Shown in pieces: positions 62,039-64,000 of a stretch of 64,000 nt of DNA. Under the pieces are notes generated by a model. It worked only from the letters and a program-made list of their open reading frames with translations. It was not told where the DNA came from and ran no database searches. Within the stretch, counting starts at the first letter, position 1; each line of letters opens with the position of its first letter. Source of the stretch: Planctomycetota bacterium (GTDB taxonomy: Bacteria > Planctomycetota > PLA2 > JAEUHO01). The position numbers and the translations under genes were made by a program. The stretch is taken from positions 39,077 to 103,076 of the forward strand of contig CBDCWP010000011.1 in NCBI GenBank assembly GCA_965223505.1, given 5' to 3'.

Positions 62039-63622
62039 CCCGCAGCGCCAACAACCCGGTCGCACTCGCGCTCACGCGCGATCTGCTCGAGAGCGTGGCC
62101 GACGAGATCGCCGCCGTCTGCATGCGCACCGCGGTCTCGCCCAACATCAAGGAGCGCCGCGACCTGAGCGCCGCGGTCTTCGACGGCCACGGCCGCATGG
62201 TCGCCCACGCCGCGCACATTCCGGTGCACCTCGGCGCCATGCCGCTGTCCGTTCGCTCCGCGCTCGATGCGCTCGACCTCGGTCCGGGCGACGTCGCGCT
62301 GCTCAACGACCCGTACGCGGGCGGCACGCACCTTCCGGACATCACGGCGATCCTGCCGGTCTTCGACGGGCGCAACGCGAAGCGGCCGACGTTCGTCGTC
62401 GCGGTGCGCGCGCACCACGCCGACGTCGGCGGCGCGACGCCCGGCTCGATGGCACCCGAACGCGACGTCTTTGCCGAGGGTGTGCGCATTCCGCCGGTCG
62501 TCTGGATGCGCAACGGCGTCGAAGACCACGGCGTCACGCAGCTCCTGCTCGCCAACATGCGCGATCCGTCGGAGCGGCGCGCGGACCTCGCCGCGCAAGC
62601 GGGCGGGCTGCAGCTCGGCGCCAGACGACTGATCGAGATGGGTGAGCGCGAAGGGCGGTCTCGCCGCGCTGGCCCGGCGGGGCAAAGCGCTCATCGACTA
62701 CGCCTCCCGCATCGCGAGCGACGCCCTCTCCGGCCTAAGCAACGGCAGCGTGAAGGCGGAGCAGGCGCTCGAGATCGACGGCATCGACGGCGAGCCGGCG
62801 ATCATCCGCGTGCGCATGCGCAAGCGGGGCGACACGTTGCGCGTGGACTTCAAGGGAACCACCGGCCCGGTCTCGCTGGGACTCAACGCGACCGAAGCCG
62901 TCGCGCGAAGCGCGATCTACTACCTCGTTCGTTGTCTGTGTCCCGACGGCACCCCGACCAACGACGGGCTGCTGAAGTCGCGTGGACGTGCACGTGGCCG
63001 AAGGGGAGCTGTGCTGGCGGCCGACCCGCCGCACCCCGTCGCCGGCGGCAACGTGGAGACGAGTCAGCGCGTCGTCGACGTCTTGTGGCTCGCCGCGAGC
63101 GAGCTCTGGCCGCGTCGCGTGCCGGCGCCGGGCTCGGGCACGATGTCGAACTGGACGTTCGGTCCCCCCAGCGGCAGCGACGCCTTCCCGTCGTATTACG
63201 AGACGTTGCCCGGTGGCGCCGGCGCGGGCCCCGGCGGCGACGGCGCGAACGCCGTTCAACAGCACATGACCAACACGCGCTCGACGCCTGTCGAAGTGCT
63301 CGAGTCGCGCTGGCCGGTGCGCGTCGAGAAGCTTGGGCTGCGCGAGAAGAGCGGCGGCGAGGGGCACTTCCGCGGCGGGGCGGGGCTCATTCGCCAGATC
63401 CGCTTTCTCGCGCCGGCCACCGTGGCCTGCATGATGACGCGGCACGAAACGCCCCCGCCCGGCGCCGCCGGAGGGGCGCCCGGCGCGCCCGGCGTGGTGA
63501 AGCGCATCCGCAAAGGCCGCACGATCCGACTTCCCGCGCGCGGCCGCTTCGAATTCGAGGCCGGCGACGTGCTGCGAATCGAAACGCCGGGCGGCGGCGG
63601 ATGGGGCGCCCGGCACACATAG
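62035..63622 (+). CDS. hyuB: hydantoinase B / 5-oxoprolinase subunit, frameshifted in this sequence
   Basis: SPNIKERRDLS, HIPVHLG, NDPYAGGTHLPD and HHADVGG in one frame; GGNVETSQR, YYETLPGG, HMTNT and TPGGGGWG in another after ~62641. Confidence 0.85.
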
Positions 63623-63687
63623 CCACGCCCCGTGCACGGCAGTACCCTCTGGCGCTCCCCGGCTGTGGATCCGACTTGGAGGGGATC

Positions 63688-64000
63688 ATGGCCCTGCGCC
63701 CCGAATTCCGCTGGCTCTTCTACACCGCGTTGATCGTCGGGCTGCTGCTCCTCATCTCCGCGATGGCGCTCGATCGTCCCGACGTCACCTGGCTGGCCGG
63801 CAAGCCGCACTGCCCGCAGTGCATGGCCGAGGTGAACGACTTCAGCAGCAAGTGCGCCGGGTGCAATGCCCAGTTCGATTGGAGCGTCGCGCCCGACGAA
63901 GCGAGTCCGATCTCCGAATACAGCCTGTCCGCGCTCGAAGACGAGCACCTGCGTGGTCTGGTCTCCGCCATGGGCAAGGAGGCGGCGGCCGCCAACGTCG
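63688..64000 (+). CDS. membrane-anchored zinc-ribbon protein (runs off the window)
   Basis: GGAGG RBS; TM helix, then CPQC-x9-CAGC. Confidence 0.55.
   Translation, partial: MALRPEFRWLFYTALIVGLLLLISAMALDRPDVTWLAGKPHCPQCMAEVNDFSSKCAGCNAQFDWSVAPDEASPISEYSLSALEDEHLRGLVSAMGKEAAAANV

Overview
High-GC bacterial DNA. The ECF-sigma/Ser-Thr-kinase pairs, carboxypeptidase-regulatory-domain proteins and extended Flp pilin suggest Planctomycetota (inference). From left to right: HAD/DUF502/DUF4382/FocA genes; a complete Tad/Flp pilus locus (5.3-17.4 kb, minus strand); secreted FG-GAP and papain-like proteins; an accessory region (about 25.6-51.9 kb) with three ECF-sigma + membrane kinase cassettes, gene remnants and att-like scars ending at tRNA-Pro(GGG); a sigma-54 enhancer-binding protein; then gpsA, plsY and hydantoinase/oxoprolinase A and B. 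The standout feature is a ~1.35 kb stretch (about 56034-57409) downstream of the sigma-54 activator with no credible protein-coding gene. It has a correctly spaced -24/-12 promoter, a hairpin plus boxA-like leader, many GNRA/UUCG-capped helices with G-U pairs, two recurring internal motifs, and four copies of a terminator hairpin. It is a candidate giant structured non-coding RNA and lacks the signatures of rRNA, RNase P, tmRNA and group II introns. All family assignments come from motif recognition by eye; no searches were run.
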